A DNA stretch of 64,000 bases from Mobula hypostoma (taxonomy: Eukaryota). A model generated the notes under the pieces. It had not been told where the DNA came from and searched no databases. It worked only from the letters and a program-made list of their open reading frames with translations. A program made the translations under genes and the position numbers. The number at the start of each line of letters is the position of its first letter. The first letter of the stretch is position 1. Positions 1-12,354 of the stretch are shown in pieces. The DNA lies in contig NC_086109.1 of assembly GCF_963921235.1 (NCBI RefSeq), positions 9,302,001 to 9,366,000 of the forward strand, given 5' to 3'.

Positions 1-550
1 GCCTTGACACAGGAAAGCAGCATCCATCATCAGGGACCCCCCACCACCCAGATCACGCTCTCTTCTCGCTGCTGCCATTAGGGAAGAGGTACAAGATCCA
101 CATCATTAGGTTCAGGAACAGTGTTTACTCCTCAACCATCAGGCTCCTGAGCCAAAGGAGATAACTTCACTCAACTTCACTTACCCCATCATTGAAATGT
201 CCCCATAACCCAACGGACTCACTATCAAGGAGCCTTCATCTCATGTTCCCAATATTTATTGCTTATTTATTATTATTATTTCTTTCCTTGTGTATTTGTA
301 CTTTGTTGTCTTTTGCACACTGGTTGAAAGCCCAAGTTGGTGTGGTTTGTCACTGGGTTTATTGAGTATGCTTACAAGAAATTGAATCTCAGGATTGTAT
401 ATGGTGACATACTGGTACTTTGATAATAAAGATTGGACTCATAAGCCACTTGAGAGCCCATAAGTAGATCAACAGAACGAAGACCATCATCCTCAACCTC
501 GAGGGATAGCCACGACGACGGTTTTGATAATAAATTGACTTTGAACTTTA
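1..550 (+). mobile_element. Rex1/Babar-like LINE 3' fragment (decayed ORF end plus 3' UTR)
   Basis: Reads RKAASIIRDPHHPDHALFSLLP, the typical C-terminus downstream of the RT. Ends AATAAA followed by a TTTGAAC-type tail at about 528-549. Confidence 0.7.
431..522 (+). mobile_element. Short 5'-truncated LINE 3' end (RTE-like) inserted in the Rex1 tail
   Basis: 12-bp TSD TTTGATAATAAA at 419-430 and 523-534; insert ends in (GAC)n. Confidence 0.6.
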
Positions 551-660
551 ATGTGGTGAATGTTAAGAATGTAGATATGAATTATGGACAGTATGTGTGT
601 GATGGACCAAACAGGCTCTTTCAGCACTGTTCAAATCTGTGAATACATAAGTGTCTAATT

Positions 661-1028
661 TAGACCATATGTCATAGGTCTAAGATATGACATAGGAGCA
701 GAATTAGGCCATTTGGCCCATCGAGTCTGCTCCGCCAATTATTGAGACTGATCCATTTCCCACTGAGCCCCATTCTCTAGCCTTCTCCCCATAAACTTTC
801 ACGCCCTGACTAATCAGGAACCTATTGACCTCTGCTTTAAGTGCACCCAAAGGCGTGACCTCCACAGCTCCCTCTGGCAATGAATTCCACAGATTCACCA
901 CCGTCTCACTAAAGAAATCCCTCCTTACTTCTGTTCTAAAGGGAAGTCCCTCTATTCAGAGGCTGTGCCCTCTGGTCCTGGCCTCCCACCTTTGTAGGAA
1001 ACATTCTCTACATGTCCACTCTATCTAC
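661..1028 (-). mobile_element. CR1 LINE 3' fragment
   Basis: ORF 704..901 begins VNLWNSLP (CR1 ORF2 C-terminal FF-RVVNLWN-LP motif); followed by the CR1 3' hairpin and tail. Confidence 0.8.
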
Positions 1029-1462
1029 CTCAGATCAGAATCGGATTTGTTACCGTTGACAGATGAAGTGAAATTTGAAAAAGCACAGTGAAAAGGCATA
1101 AAATTACTAGAAATTACAAAACAATAAATAAATAGTGCAAAAATTTTTAAAAAGTGAGATTGTGTTAATCGGTTCATGGAACGTTCAGAAATATGATAGT
1201 GGAGAGGAAGGAGTTTTTACTGAACTGTTGAGTGTAGGTCTTTGGGCTCCTATATCTCCTCAGTGTTAGTAATGAACCGAGGATTCCTGAGTCAACAACT
1301 CTTCAACGCGTCCTCGATAATGAGAGTTGGAGGCAATGCAGTCTGGTGCTGCAAGTGACTATAGTAACTGCAGTTCAAAGGATTGTGGAGGCTGTGAGGC
1401 TGCGTATTCATTGTGGGTGTTTCACAAAACTTTATCAAATATTATTTAAATTTAGACCTATT

Positions 1463-1464
<2 letters not shown>

Positions 1465-1514
<50 letters not shown>

Positions 1515-1530
1515 TGTGTCTGTGTGTGCG
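1465..1530. repeat. (TG)n microsatellite
   Basis: Directly visible TG run. Confidence 0.97.
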
Positions 1531-1842
1531 CGTGTATGCATGCGCACATCTGCCTGTAAAGACATGTACATTTCTCGTTACAAGCTTAGGGTTGTAATTA
1601 GGTTACGTTTGATACTCTCTTCAGTAAATAAAAGTTAAAATGTATTCCAAGGCAGTATTTAATCAGTTGATCTGCATCGTGTGTTCTTGGTGTTGGGCCC
1701 CACCTTGCTTCAAATTTCCAGTATTAATCCAAGATGATAACAGAGCAAAGGTTCCTTTTCATTTTCCCTCTTTAATTAGTGGATCAAGCTGAAGATACTT
1801 TCTTGGAACCTGTACAGCTGTCCACTAAAAGATAAAACTTAC

Positions 1843-1864
1843 TTGGCATCCAAACCTTGCTTTT
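1843..1864 (-). other. Candidate 22-nt micro-exon of an unidentified host gene
   Basis: Minus strand: ttccttttttgttcgatttacAG|AAAAGCAAGGTTTGGATGCCAA|GTAAGT, in non-repetitive DNA. Confidence 0.5.
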
Positions 1865-2124
1865 CTGTAAATCGAACAAAAAGGAACGTTGTCTCCTTTT
1901 TTAATATGGAAAAATTAAGATGTGCTCATGTGTTCTAAAAATGCACTGAGACCGAAATGGCTCTAGCCTCCAGGCCTTCTGACACCTCTGTCACTTCGTT
2001 ACACATATTCCAGCTTGTCCTAGGTTTTGCCAGGGGACTTTTGACCTATTGCTGATAATAAATGCCTCTATTCCACAAGGAAGAATTGCATTTTTATTGA
2101 ATTGGAACAACTGTCAAGTCTCAC

Positions 2125-2140
2125 CCAACTAGCTTTGCTT
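2125..2140 (-). other. Candidate 16-nt micro-exon
   Basis: Minus strand: tttttccttctctctgaaaccttttctacatttcAG|AAGCAAAGCTAGTTGG|GTGAGA. Confidence 0.45.
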
Positions 2141-3061
2141 CTGAAATGTAGAAAAGGTTTCAGAGAGAAGGAAAAAGATCTATTTCATTTCCCGGACTGC
2201 CAATTAGAGAAAGAACTTGGCTGTATTGTAATATTACTGTCTGGTTTGGCGCAGCATCCTCCCAGAATATACAAAGGCTACAGCGAACTGTCAGGACAGC
2301 AGCAAAAGTTGCAGTCTATCTTCACTGCAGGACTTGCATGTGTCCAAGACAAAGAGGCAGGCAGGAAAAGTCATTGTGGACTCTATCCACCTTGCATACC
2401 GTCTTTTTCAAAAGCTCCCTTCAGTACAGTGTTACAGAGCTATTGAAACTAAACCTTCAAGCCATCTTAAGAGTTTCTTCCCCCAGGCATTTAATCTGAT
2501 CAACCATTCGATTTAGCCACCCCACCCCCCCTCTATTACCACACTGCACTGTAAACACTTTAAACTACTTTTTACAATGTTGCTTACATTGTAAATACAT
2601 GCTTAAATTTATGAATTTATAAGTACAAGGAATTCTGCAGATGCTGGAAATCCAAGGCAACACACACAAGATGCTGGAGGAACTCAGCAGGTCAGGCAGC
2701 ATCTATGGAAATGATGATGTTTCGGGCTGAGACCCTTCTTTGGGACATCCTTCAGGGACGTATTTATGCATATTTTATATGACTGTTGAACGTTGTTGCT
2801 TTTTCTTGTAAGTCACGTCCTGACCAGCACACTGCAGCAAATTCCTAATAGATGAAAAGTTGATCCTCTATAAAGGGAAAGGGTTGAGCCTGAAATTAGC
2901 TTGATGAGAAGTAAAGATGTTAAATCTAATACTCTTCAATAGAACTATCACTCTGACTGACAGTAACATTTAGGATGTCATTCATCTCTTTTTTAAAATA
3001 TCCCATAAATTAATTCTTTTTCCAGCTCTTTTACCCATGTGTGTCCTGGGATTATATATAC

Positions 3062-3108
3062 CTGCTCTGTAATTGTGCTAATGCTCCATTGGTGTGATAC
3101 TGTCAATA
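3062..3108 (-). other. Candidate small exon (47 nt, or 38 nt from the second AG at 3101-3100)
   Basis: Minus strand: cttgtctcctctttAGtattgacAG|TATCAC...AGAGCAG|GTATAT. The donor is only moderate. Confidence 0.3.
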
Positions 3109-3360
3109 CTAAAGAGGAGACAAGTCTCAAACTAAGCAGAGCCTGATAGTTATTCTATGTAGGAGCTGGCCGATTGTTCCCAGGGATGAGAGAATGCTCA
3201 TTCTAAAGTGCAGAACTGACAGAGAAAGATTGAACTGATGTTAAAGTAAAAAGAATATTATCACAAATTATTTTAATGCAATTACATCTTCATTAGATGA
3301 TTTTGCTTTATTTGCGCCTTCACACAGGTGTCTGAAGATTTTCATTAATACATATCACAA

Positions 3361-4410
3361 GATCATAAGACCATAAGATATAAGAGCAGAATTAGGCCAT
3401 TTGGCCCATTGAGTCTGCTCCGCTATTTCATCAAGGCTGATCCATTTTCCTCTCAGACCCAATCGCCTGCCTTCTCCCTGTATCCCTTCGTGCCTTAACC
3501 AATCAAGGATATATCAATGTCTGCCTTAAATATACATACAGACTTGACTTTCACAGCTACCCGTGGCAATGAATTCCATAGATTCACCACACTCTGGCTA
3601 AAGAAATTCCTCCTCTCCTCCATTCTAAAAGGATGCTCCTCTATCGTGAGGGCATTTCAACTGGTCTTAGACTCTCCCATCATTGGAGACATCCTCTCCA
3701 CATCCACTCTATCAAAGCCTTTCACCATTCGATAGGCTTCAATGAGGTCACCTCTCATTCCTCTGAATTCTAGTGAATACAGGCACAGAACCATCAAACT
3801 CTCTTCATAAGACAAAGCCAGTCAAACCTGGAATCATGTTCGTCAATCTCCTTTAAACCCTCTCGAGTTTCAACACGTGCTTTCTAAGGTAAGGGGCCCA
3901 AAACTGCTCACAATACTCCAAGTGAGGCCTGACCAGTGCTTTATAAAGTCTCAATATTATGTCCTCAACATAGGAGCGGAATTAGGCCATTTGGCCCATC
4001 AAGTCCTCTCTGCCCTTTGATCATGGCTGATTTATTATCCCTCTCAAATTCTCCTGCCTTCTCCCCTGTAATTGTTGATGACCTTGCTAATCAAGAATCT
4101 ACAGTATTAACCTTCATGTACCTGATGACTTGGCCTCCACAGCCGTCTGTGGCAATAAATTCCACAGGTTAACCGCCCTCTGGCAAACGCAATTCCTCCT
4201 CTTCTCTGTTCTAAATACACATCCCTCTATTCCAAGGCTGTGCCCTGCAGTTCTAGACTATCCCCAGAATAAGAAACATTCTCTCCACTTCCACTCTATC
4301 TAGGCCTTTCAATGTTTGATGAGATTGTCATTCATCCTCATCTCTGTTCTGAAGAATATGAGGCTGTGCCTCTGGTCCTAAACTCTCCCACTGTTGAAAA
4401 CAACCTCCTC
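3361..4410 (-). mobile_element. Stack of CR1 LINE 3' fragments
   Basis: Repeated antisense gaattccacagattcaccac (VNLWNS) motifs, with CR1 tails at about 3365 and 3970. Confidence 0.75.
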
Positions 4411-4881
4411 CCAGATAATGACAGATTTCTGTGCCTGAGCACCGTTCCTAACCTAAAGAGTTCACAAGTCTGAAATGTGACTGTCCAGTTATGTATTTAA
4501 ATAAAATTGTAGGCTAACTGAGGGCAACATGTAGTTAAAACCTTGGTCAGTTCCCACCTGGAAGAAGATACCTACTGCCCCTCAGCAGCCAGTAAATCCA
4601 TCCCTCCTCATTCCCATGAGAATTTTTTTTGCCAGAGGGTGATGAACCTGTGGAATTCATTGCCATAGATGGCTGCAGAGGCCAAGTCAGAATCAGACTC
4701 GGGTTTCATATCAGTGGCGTACGTTGTGAAATTCATTGTTTTGTGGCAGCAGTACATTGTAATACTTAATAGTTAAACAAACCCATAAATTACAACAAGA
4801 AATAAATTATTAAAATTTTAAATTTAGTAAGTAGTCCAAAAATAAAGCAAAGAAAGAAAAAAATAGTGAGGTAATGTACAG

Positions 4882-6078
4882 CAGGGGTCCCCAACCTTTT
4901 TTGCACTGCGGACCGGTTTAATATTGACAATATTCTTGCGGATTGGCCGACCCGGGGGGGGGGTGGGGTGGGGGTAGGGTTGCCAGTGGACAAGAGTAGC
5001 AGTCAAAGAAAGACTACAATGACCATGAAGCCCTGCGCGGGCACCAGTGCACATGCGTGACCTACGCATGCGTGTACCTGCCAATATTATTTTCTGCAAA
5101 GCGTTTTTGGCGATTCTGTTCGGGGGGGGGGTGTTCATCACGACCGGAATATTGGTAATAACACTCAATTTCGTTTCTAAAAGGGTATATCTAACGAATT
5201 TAATATTAAACACACAGCGCATATTTTCCTCGCATGAATATAGTGATAAGTCAATTATCAGGGGAGGACAGGGGAGTTTGAAGTAAGTGTTGAATGGACT
5301 TCCAGTAGAAGTGGTAGAGGCAGGTTCGAATATTATCATTTAAAGAAAAACTGGACAGCTATATGGACAGGAAAGGAATGGAGGGTTATGGGCTGAGTGC
5401 GGGTCGGTGGGACTAGGTGAGAGTAGTGTTCGGCACGGACTAGAAGGGCCGAGATCGCCTGTTTCCGTGCTGTAATTGTTATATGGTTATATAAGTCACT
5501 ATTAGTCAATAGCATCATAACATTTTAAGTTACCTTTGGATATTAAACACACAGCACATATTTTACCCGTATGAACATATAAAATCATTGCAACACACCA
5601 GTATCGCTGAATCAGTGGGAGCCCTGGGCTTGTTTCCCTGCAACAAGACGGTCCTATCGAGGGGTGATGGGAGACAGCGATACTCGAAGGAGGTTCCTTA
5701 TGTCCAGCCTATTTAGTTTTCGTCACATTCATTGCAGAGATATGTTGGGAATGGAAGCAACGTTTTCAGTTCTTTCGTGGCTATCTCAGGATATTTAGCC
5801 TTGACTTTGATCCAGAATGCCGGCAGAGATGTTATGTCAAACATACTTTTCAGCCTGCCGTCATTTGCAAGCTTGAGGAGTTGATCTCCTTCCCACGCTG
5901 ACACGGATGACGCGTAGGTAATGACCTCGCATGTGTTCAAGCTCCACAGTGGGCGTGACAGGGAATGAGGAAAAGTGCAGCTGACTCATATTGCCAAATC
6001 ATATCGTTTCCTCGTGGCCCGGTAGCAAATGCTCTGTGGGCCGGTACTGGTTCGCGGCCCGGTGGTTGGGGACCGCTA
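4882..6078 (-). mobile_element. Internally deleted hAT (Charlie/Buster, MER1-like) DNA transposon, interrupted by a CR1 fragment at about 5287-5495
   Basis: Termini CAGGGGTCCCCAACC and GGTTGGGGACCGCTA; degenerate 8-bp TSD ATGTACAG/ATATATAG with central TA. ORF 5713..5940 carries a hAT C-terminal dimerisation-like segment LPAFWIKVKAKYPEIATK..LLPFPTYLC. Confidence 0.85.
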
Positions 6079-6171
6079 ATATATAGGTTAATTGTCCATT
6101 TAGAATTCTGATAGTAGAGGGGAAGAAGACATTCATAAAACCATGGGTATATTTGAGGTGGAGGCTGATTA

Positions 6172-6568
6172 TCATCAGCATCATTATGTGCTGTGTCATA
6201 TGACATCATCATCATGCGCCATGTTGTATAATGGGGGCGATCAGGGTGTCATGACCATGATTGTTCTTGGCAAATTTTTATACAGAAGTGGTTCGCCATT
6301 GCCTTCATCTGGGCAGTGTCTTTACAAGAAGGGTGACCCCAGCCATTATCAATACTCTTTAGAGATTGTCTGCCTGGTGTCAGTGGTCACATAACCAGGG
6401 CTTGTGATGTGCACCAGCTGCTCATACGACCATCCATCACATGCTCCCATGATTTCACATGACCCAGATCGGGGGGCTAAACAGGTGCTACACCTTGCCC
6501 AAGGGGGACCTGCAGGCTAGCGGAGGGAACATCTCCTTTGGTAGAGACATATCTCCACCCCACCACCC
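6172..6568 (-). mobile_element. About 380-bp RTE-related non-autonomous retroposon, copy 1
   Basis: Contains an RTE/BovB-type GGCAATGGCRAACCACT motif and a (GAT)n tail; same ends as the copies at 27039, 46054 and 54630. Confidence 0.7.
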
Positions 6569-7492
6569 AGGATGATAAGTTCTTGATTAGTAAGGGGTTG
6601 AAGGTTATAAGTAGAAGACAGGAGAATGAGGTTCGGAGGGATATTAAATCAGATTTGATGGAATGGTGAAGCAAACTCGATGAGCCAAATGGTCTAATTC
6701 TGTTCCGATGTCTGATGGTCTAATGGTCTTATAGATGTGGTGTCTATAAATTGGGATTTCATAATGTGGGAGAGCCTTTATTCTGTATCTGATCTCCCCA
6801 GCTCTGGGGCAGGCACTGTTGATGAGCCGATCTAGGCTGTGAACACAGCAGTGTTTATTTTTCTGGGCTGGTGTTTTGTTGGATTCAAATCTGGAGATGT
6901 TCATGAAAAGTCCCACTTTGGCCCATCACACCCATGCCGAGCTTTTAAACCATCGACACCATTTGCCTGCATTACCTCTGTGCCTTGCCTGTGTAATTGT
7001 CTGCCTAAACACAGTGATTGTATCAGATCCCACATCTCCTCTGGCAACATGTTCCAGATCTGAATACCTGGTGTGTATAAAATTACCCTCAGATCCCCTC
7101 TAAATCACCTGATCCCTGACCTTAAAACTGTGACCCCATGCTTTTGATACCTGTAACATGGGAAGAAGATGTTGATGATGTTCACTCTCTACTAGCATCA
7201 TACCTCAGCCTCCATCGACCCAGAGAAAACAAGCCCAGCCTATCCATTCTCCTCCCCGCCCCCCCCTTACTGGAGTCTTACAACTCAGGCTACATCCTGA
7301 TGAATCTCCTCTGCACGCTCTCCTGTGGAAAGCTTCTTAAACCAATGACACAATCCCAATCACTATAGTTTAGCAACACTGTGGCTACTTTGATCACTTT
7401 GCACTGAAATGCCTTTTTTTTGTCCTTTCTTGTAAAAGTTATGTTTCGCTTATGTTTAATGTTTTTTTTGTGAAAGTTGCTTACCTGATGCT

Positions 7493-8120
7493 AGAGAAAT
7501 CGATGTTCGTGCTGTCAGACTGGAGACTAGAGAAATCGATTCCCCCACAGTCCACTCTCTTCTCCTATCAGATTCCTTCTCCTTCAACCCTTTACCTCTT
7601 TTCACCTATCACCTCCGAGCTTCTCACTTCCGTTATGTTTTGTAACTTCAAAACAACAAACTAATTCAAAAGGAAGACACCGAAATGTGAGTCTAACTTC
7701 GTGTTTACTTTAAGTGAGGACCCCACGTAACACGATGATGGCATGATGACGTATGCCATTTACATACTTTTACATGTAACCCATAATGGATTATTTAAGT
7801 GAACAAGAATGCTTACTCAAACAATATATTTACAATATTATTCAAATACTGAAATACTAAATACACAACAATATCTTCCCTCCTCCCCCACCCACCCACC
7901 TTCCCCCTCACCTGGCTTCACTTATCACTTTCTAGCTTGTTCTCATTCCGCTCTGTCCCACCTTGTAATTCTGGCTTCTTCCTTCTTCCTCTCCAGTCCT
8001 GAAGAAGGGCCTTGGTCCAAAAGATCAACTCTTCATTCCTCGCCATAGATCTGCCTGCCCTGCTTTGTCCAGCACTGTGTACGTGTTACTCTGGATTTCC
8101 AGCATCTGCAGAATCTCTTA
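7493..8120 (+). mobile_element. Penelope-like 3' fragment containing a nested LTR-like insert
   Basis: Pyrimidine-rich 3' region, decayed hammerhead at about 7995-8030, tail gatttccagcatctgcagaatctctt. A direct repeat TTACCTGATGCT at about 7481 and 8815 brackets this fragment plus the next element. Confidence 0.65.
7631..7870. mobile_element. Probable solo LTR (about 240 bp)
   Basis: Ends cGTTATGT...ACACAACA are imperfect inverted termini of the TG...CA type. It splits the Penelope-like fragment; no clear TSD. Confidence 0.45.
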
Positions 8121-8129
8121 TCTGCGGCT

Positions 8130-8812
8130 GGAGGAGGAGGAGAAGATGGCGGCGCGATGCAGCGCACACGGCCTCTCCAGTGAATGATATCTGTAATCTG
8201 TCAAGTAGGATACTGTGCATAATTCTGATTTGATGGAGACGGACGTGAGAGTACGGAGGAACATCTGGAGAAACTTCTGAAATGCCCGCTTCACTGCCGC
8301 TGTTACTGTGTGGTCCGGAATCTCTGGAGCAGAAGGCCCTGAATCCCCGGCATTGCTTGATTCAGCGGCCGGGGAGAGGTCAAAGGCGCTCGGCTGAGGA
8401 TGGCGCTCGGGAGGCTGTATCGGCGGGGCAGGTCGGAGGTTCAAAGTTTTCGGACGGACAGACTCGGTGTCGGCTGTGGTCAGCTGCTTCCAATGCATCG
8501 ACAGTTGTCGGTGCCTGGAGGTTTATGGCAGGGAGTTTCTCCCTTTTGCCACCTGCTATTGGGGACTCCGGAGTCGATCGGGACTTGAGACTTTTTTACT
8601 GTGCCCATGGTCTGTTCTTTATCAAATTATGGTATTGCTTTGCACTGCTGTAATTATATGTTATAATTATGTGGTTTTGTCAGTGTTAGTCTTTGGTTTG
8701 TCCCGTTTTTCTGTGATATCACTCTGGAGGAACATTGTATTATTTCTTAATGCATGCATGCATTTCTAAATGACAATAAACGAGGACTGAGTGTTCTCAT
8801 AACCTAATCTAA
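8130..8812 (+). mobile_element. About 680-bp non-coding retroposon family A, copy 1
   Basis: Starts GGAGGAGAAGATGGCGGCG, has a CpG-rich body, ends AATAAA-GAGGACTG..CTCATAA plus (TCTAA)n. Aligns by eye with four other copies. Confidence 0.85.
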
Positions 8813-9154
8813 TGTTACCTGATGCTCTGTGCCTGTAACACTGCTGCAAGGTTTTGTTGCACCTGTGCATTTATGTACTCGTGGTGACGACAGTAAACTC
8901 GACTTTGACTTTGAAGATGGAATGGTGAAAGTGGGAATGGGATAGAGCATGAAACGGGAAGCAACAAGTTGATGTTGGTCCTCAGTTGTGCACTAAATCA
9001 TAACAACTAAATCAGAACCACAAACCACAATCTATTTCCTTTGAGTTCAGCAGGACCAGATTTCGGACAATCGGTACCACATGTAGCCTTGGTGAACTCT
9101 CACATTTAACACAGCCTCCCTCTTTGACCAATTTTTTTGCCATCTGTCCAAGTA

Positions 9155-9330
9155 TTGTATGGTAGCGTGTTGGTTAGTGTACTGCTATTGCTGCAAAGAG
9201 AACCAAATTTGATTCCCCCGCTTCCTGTACATTCTTCCCATGACCGTGAGGATTTCCTCCCACTTTCCAAAGATGTGCAAGTTAGGGTTAGTGAATTGTG
9301 GGCGTGCTATGTTGGCGTTGGATGTGATGA
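9155..9330 (+). mobile_element. HE1/V-SINE fragment
   Basis: tRNA-like head and V-domain core ttcttcccatgaccgtg..tttcctcccac..ccaaagatgtgc. Similar fragments at about 14985, 18140, 21700, 32120, 35650, 40830, 55800 and 59740. Confidence 0.65.
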
Positions 9331-9830
9331 CACTGGGGAGAGTTCAAAGGAGATTCATGAAACTGATTCCAGGATTGAACGGCTTGTCATGTGAAGCAGG
9401 TTTGAGGACTCTAGACCTGTATCCACTGGGATTCAGAAGAATGAGGGGTGACCAAATTGAAACCTATCCAATGGTGAAAAGTCTCCATAAGCTGGATGTG
9501 GAGAGGATGGAGGACGTTTCCTATGGTGGGAGAGTCAAAGACCAGAGGACACAGCCTCAGAATAGAGGTGCGTCCTTTTAGAACGGAGCTGAGGAGGAAA
9601 TTCTTTAGCCAAAGTGTGGTGAATCTGTGAAATTCGTTGTCATAGGCAGTTGTGGAGTCCAAGTCTTTACATATACTCAAGGCAGAGATTGATAGTTTCT
9701 TGATTGGTCAGGGCATGAAGGGATACTGGGATTGGGGCTGAGGGAAAATTGGATCAGCCTTAACAAAATAGCATATCAGACTTGATGGGCCAAATGGCCT
9801 AATTTGGCTTCTATATCTTATGGTCTTATA
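9331..9830 (+). mobile_element. CR1 LINE 3' fragment
   Basis: ORF 9240..9581 includes RVQRRFMKLIPGL..LYPLGFRRMRGD; CR1 tail tatggtctta. Confidence 0.8.
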
Positions 9831-10098
9831 TCAGAATCAGGTTTGTCATCACTCATGTATGCCATGAAATTTGTTTTTTTTTGCAACAGTAGCAGAGTGC
9901 AATACATATAATTAAACACAGTACCATGCAAAAATCTGAGGTGCCCCAGCTATATATATGTGCCAGGACATTTGCACAGTACCATACAAGAGAGTAATAA
10001 CAAACCTGATTCTGGTCTGAACTGATAGTACCATTTTGTACAGATATACCTGCTGTGGTACAATATGAGACGACTGTCTCACTCAGGGAAGCTCCCAA

Positions 10099-11334
10099 TG
10101 TTACGAGACGCTGCCAACCGTGCCAGCTTCTGGGATTTAGACACTCTAACTCCCCGGAGTACGGTTAGCGGGCGCAGCCCCTTTAAGGGTTCAGCACAGT
10201 CCCGCTAATTGGTAATCGTGTTTTGAGCGCCAAGAATCAAGTATTTAAGGAAACTCTGGATTGCGCTTTGGTGCTTAATCATAAGTGACACACACAAAAT
10301 GCTGGAGGTACTCAGCAGGCCAGGCAGCATCTATGGAAAAGAGTGCAGTCGATGTTTCGGGCCGAGACCCTTCGGCAGGACTGGAGAAAAGAAAATGAGG
10401 AGTTAGAAGGTGGGGGAAGGGGAAGAAGAAACACATGGTGATGGGTGAAACTGGGAGGGGGGTGAAATAAAGAGCTGGGAAGTTGGTTGGTGAAACAGAT
10501 ACAGGGCTGGAGAAGGAGGAATCTAATAGGAAAGGATAGAAGGCCATGGAAGAAATGGAAAAGGGGGAGGAGTACCTGAGGGAGGCAATGGTAAGGAGAT
10601 AATGTGAGAGAGGGAAAAAGGGATAGGGAATAGAGAAGGGGGGGGCATTAATGGAAGTTTGAGAAATTGACAGTCAAGCCATCAGATTGGAAGCAACCCA
10701 GATGGAATAGAAGGTGTTGCTCCTCTAACCAGAATGTGGTCTCATCGCGACAGTAGAGGAGGACATGGACTGACATGTCGGAATGGGAATGGGAAGTGAA
10801 ATTAAAATGGGTGGCCACTGGGATATCCCCCTCCTTCTCGCGGACAGAGCGTAGGTGCTCAGCAAAGCGGTTTCCCAATCTACGTCAGGTCTCACCAATA
10901 TAGAAGAGGCCACACCGGGAGCACCAAGCACAGTATGTGACCCCAACAGACTCGCAGGTGAAGAGTCGCCTCACCTGGATGGAGTGCTTGGGGCCCTGAA
11001 TGGCAGTGAGGGAGGAGGTGTAGGGGCAGGTGTAGCACTTGTTCCAGCTTACAAGGATGAGTGGCACGAGGGAGATCAGTGGGGAGGGATGAATGGACAG
11101 GGGAGTCAAGTAGGGAGCAATTCATGCGGAGCACAGAAAGTGGGTGGGAGGGAACGATGTGCTTGGTGGGAGAATAATGCAGAAAGTGGGCTGGGGGAAG
11201 GAAGGGAAAGATGCTATTGCCTAGCATTTGTTTTGTGTTCAGTTCTAGATCCAGTTAGATATCGTGTCCTGATCCTTGCTTCAGATACCCCAGCACATGG
11301 GTCCAAACCATCCTCGTCAACTACTCTTGTTACA
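10099..11334. mobile_element. Solo LTR split by a Penelope-like insertion
   Basis: Begins TGTTACG at 10099 and ends TGTTACA at 11334; perfect 5-bp TSD CCCAA at 10094-10098 and 11335-11339. Confidence 0.7.
10288..11200 (-). mobile_element. Penelope-like element 3' part with decayed GIY-YIG endonuclease
   Basis: FTCESVGVTYCAWCSRCGLFYIGET (10885..11109) and GNRFAEHLRSV..PVATHFN..SHS (10648..10878); decayed hammerhead at about 10347-10382. Confidence 0.85.
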
Positions 11335-12354
11335 CCCAAAGTTACTTTATTATCAAAGTAAACTCTATTCATAATAAATTCTTTACAGGAATAAACTGTC
11401 TAATGTCTTTTCATTCTCACATTCATAGACAACCCGTTAAGCAGCATTCTCAAAACCGATGTCACTGTTGCCACTCATGCGCACCCCTCCCCACCCCTGG
11501 GTGATACATTACCAGAGATATTTCACGTTGGTGTTCTACTGGTGTAAGTCATTAGTACAATGTGTACCTTGAGAGAGGAAAGATAAACGTCAAACAATAC
11601 TGATTGACTAGACTGTGGACAAAACATGGGAGAACCACGACAGAGCCAATAAATCATGGTTTGCCCAATAAAGGGTCTTTCTTTAACCACTTGCTTCATT
11701 TTATTGGTGAGGCTTCACCAATTTAACTTTAACATCTTTAGAGACAGTAGCATCTTTGTTTGCGAAGTGGATTACCTCTCTCGTAAAGCGAACAATTAAC
11801 AGCCTCCATCCTCCTCTGCAATTGCCGGGCTCATTCACATTCCGGGGGAAGCTGCAGACCAGAACTTTACATCTGCACCTGGTGTCCTGGGTAATGTGAA
11901 AGTGGCAGCCGTCACCTGGGGAGTGTGAAATCTCCCAACTCTCTGTCAACGTTTGACATGAAACTGGCTCCATGGTTTAATTGTTTTACCAGTGCAGACC
12001 TACATGCGGGTTTACACAAATTTTACAAACATCCATTTTTTCCGTTTGCACAAATATTGTTTCCAAGGCCAATGATGGAAATGCATACTTGTTTAAAAAA
12101 AATCTCTTGGGAATTTAAATTCAAGGATTTAAATAAAATCTGGAATTCATTAAAAAGAACTAAACTCAGTTTTAGCTTTATTATCTTTTTTAAAAAAAGC
12201 CAAGAATTCACCAATGCTCTTAAAAGAAAGAAACCTGTTGTCCTGTTGAAGAGTCTCGGCCCAAAACTTTGACAGAGATGCTAACTGACCTGCTGAGTTC
12301 CACCAGCATTTTTTCCTGTGTTGTTCAGGATTTCTAGCATCTGCAGAATCTCAC

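Noticed and set aside
9013..9030. Tandem AACCACA (RUNX-like) motifs
   Set aside because: Short motifs with no independent support.
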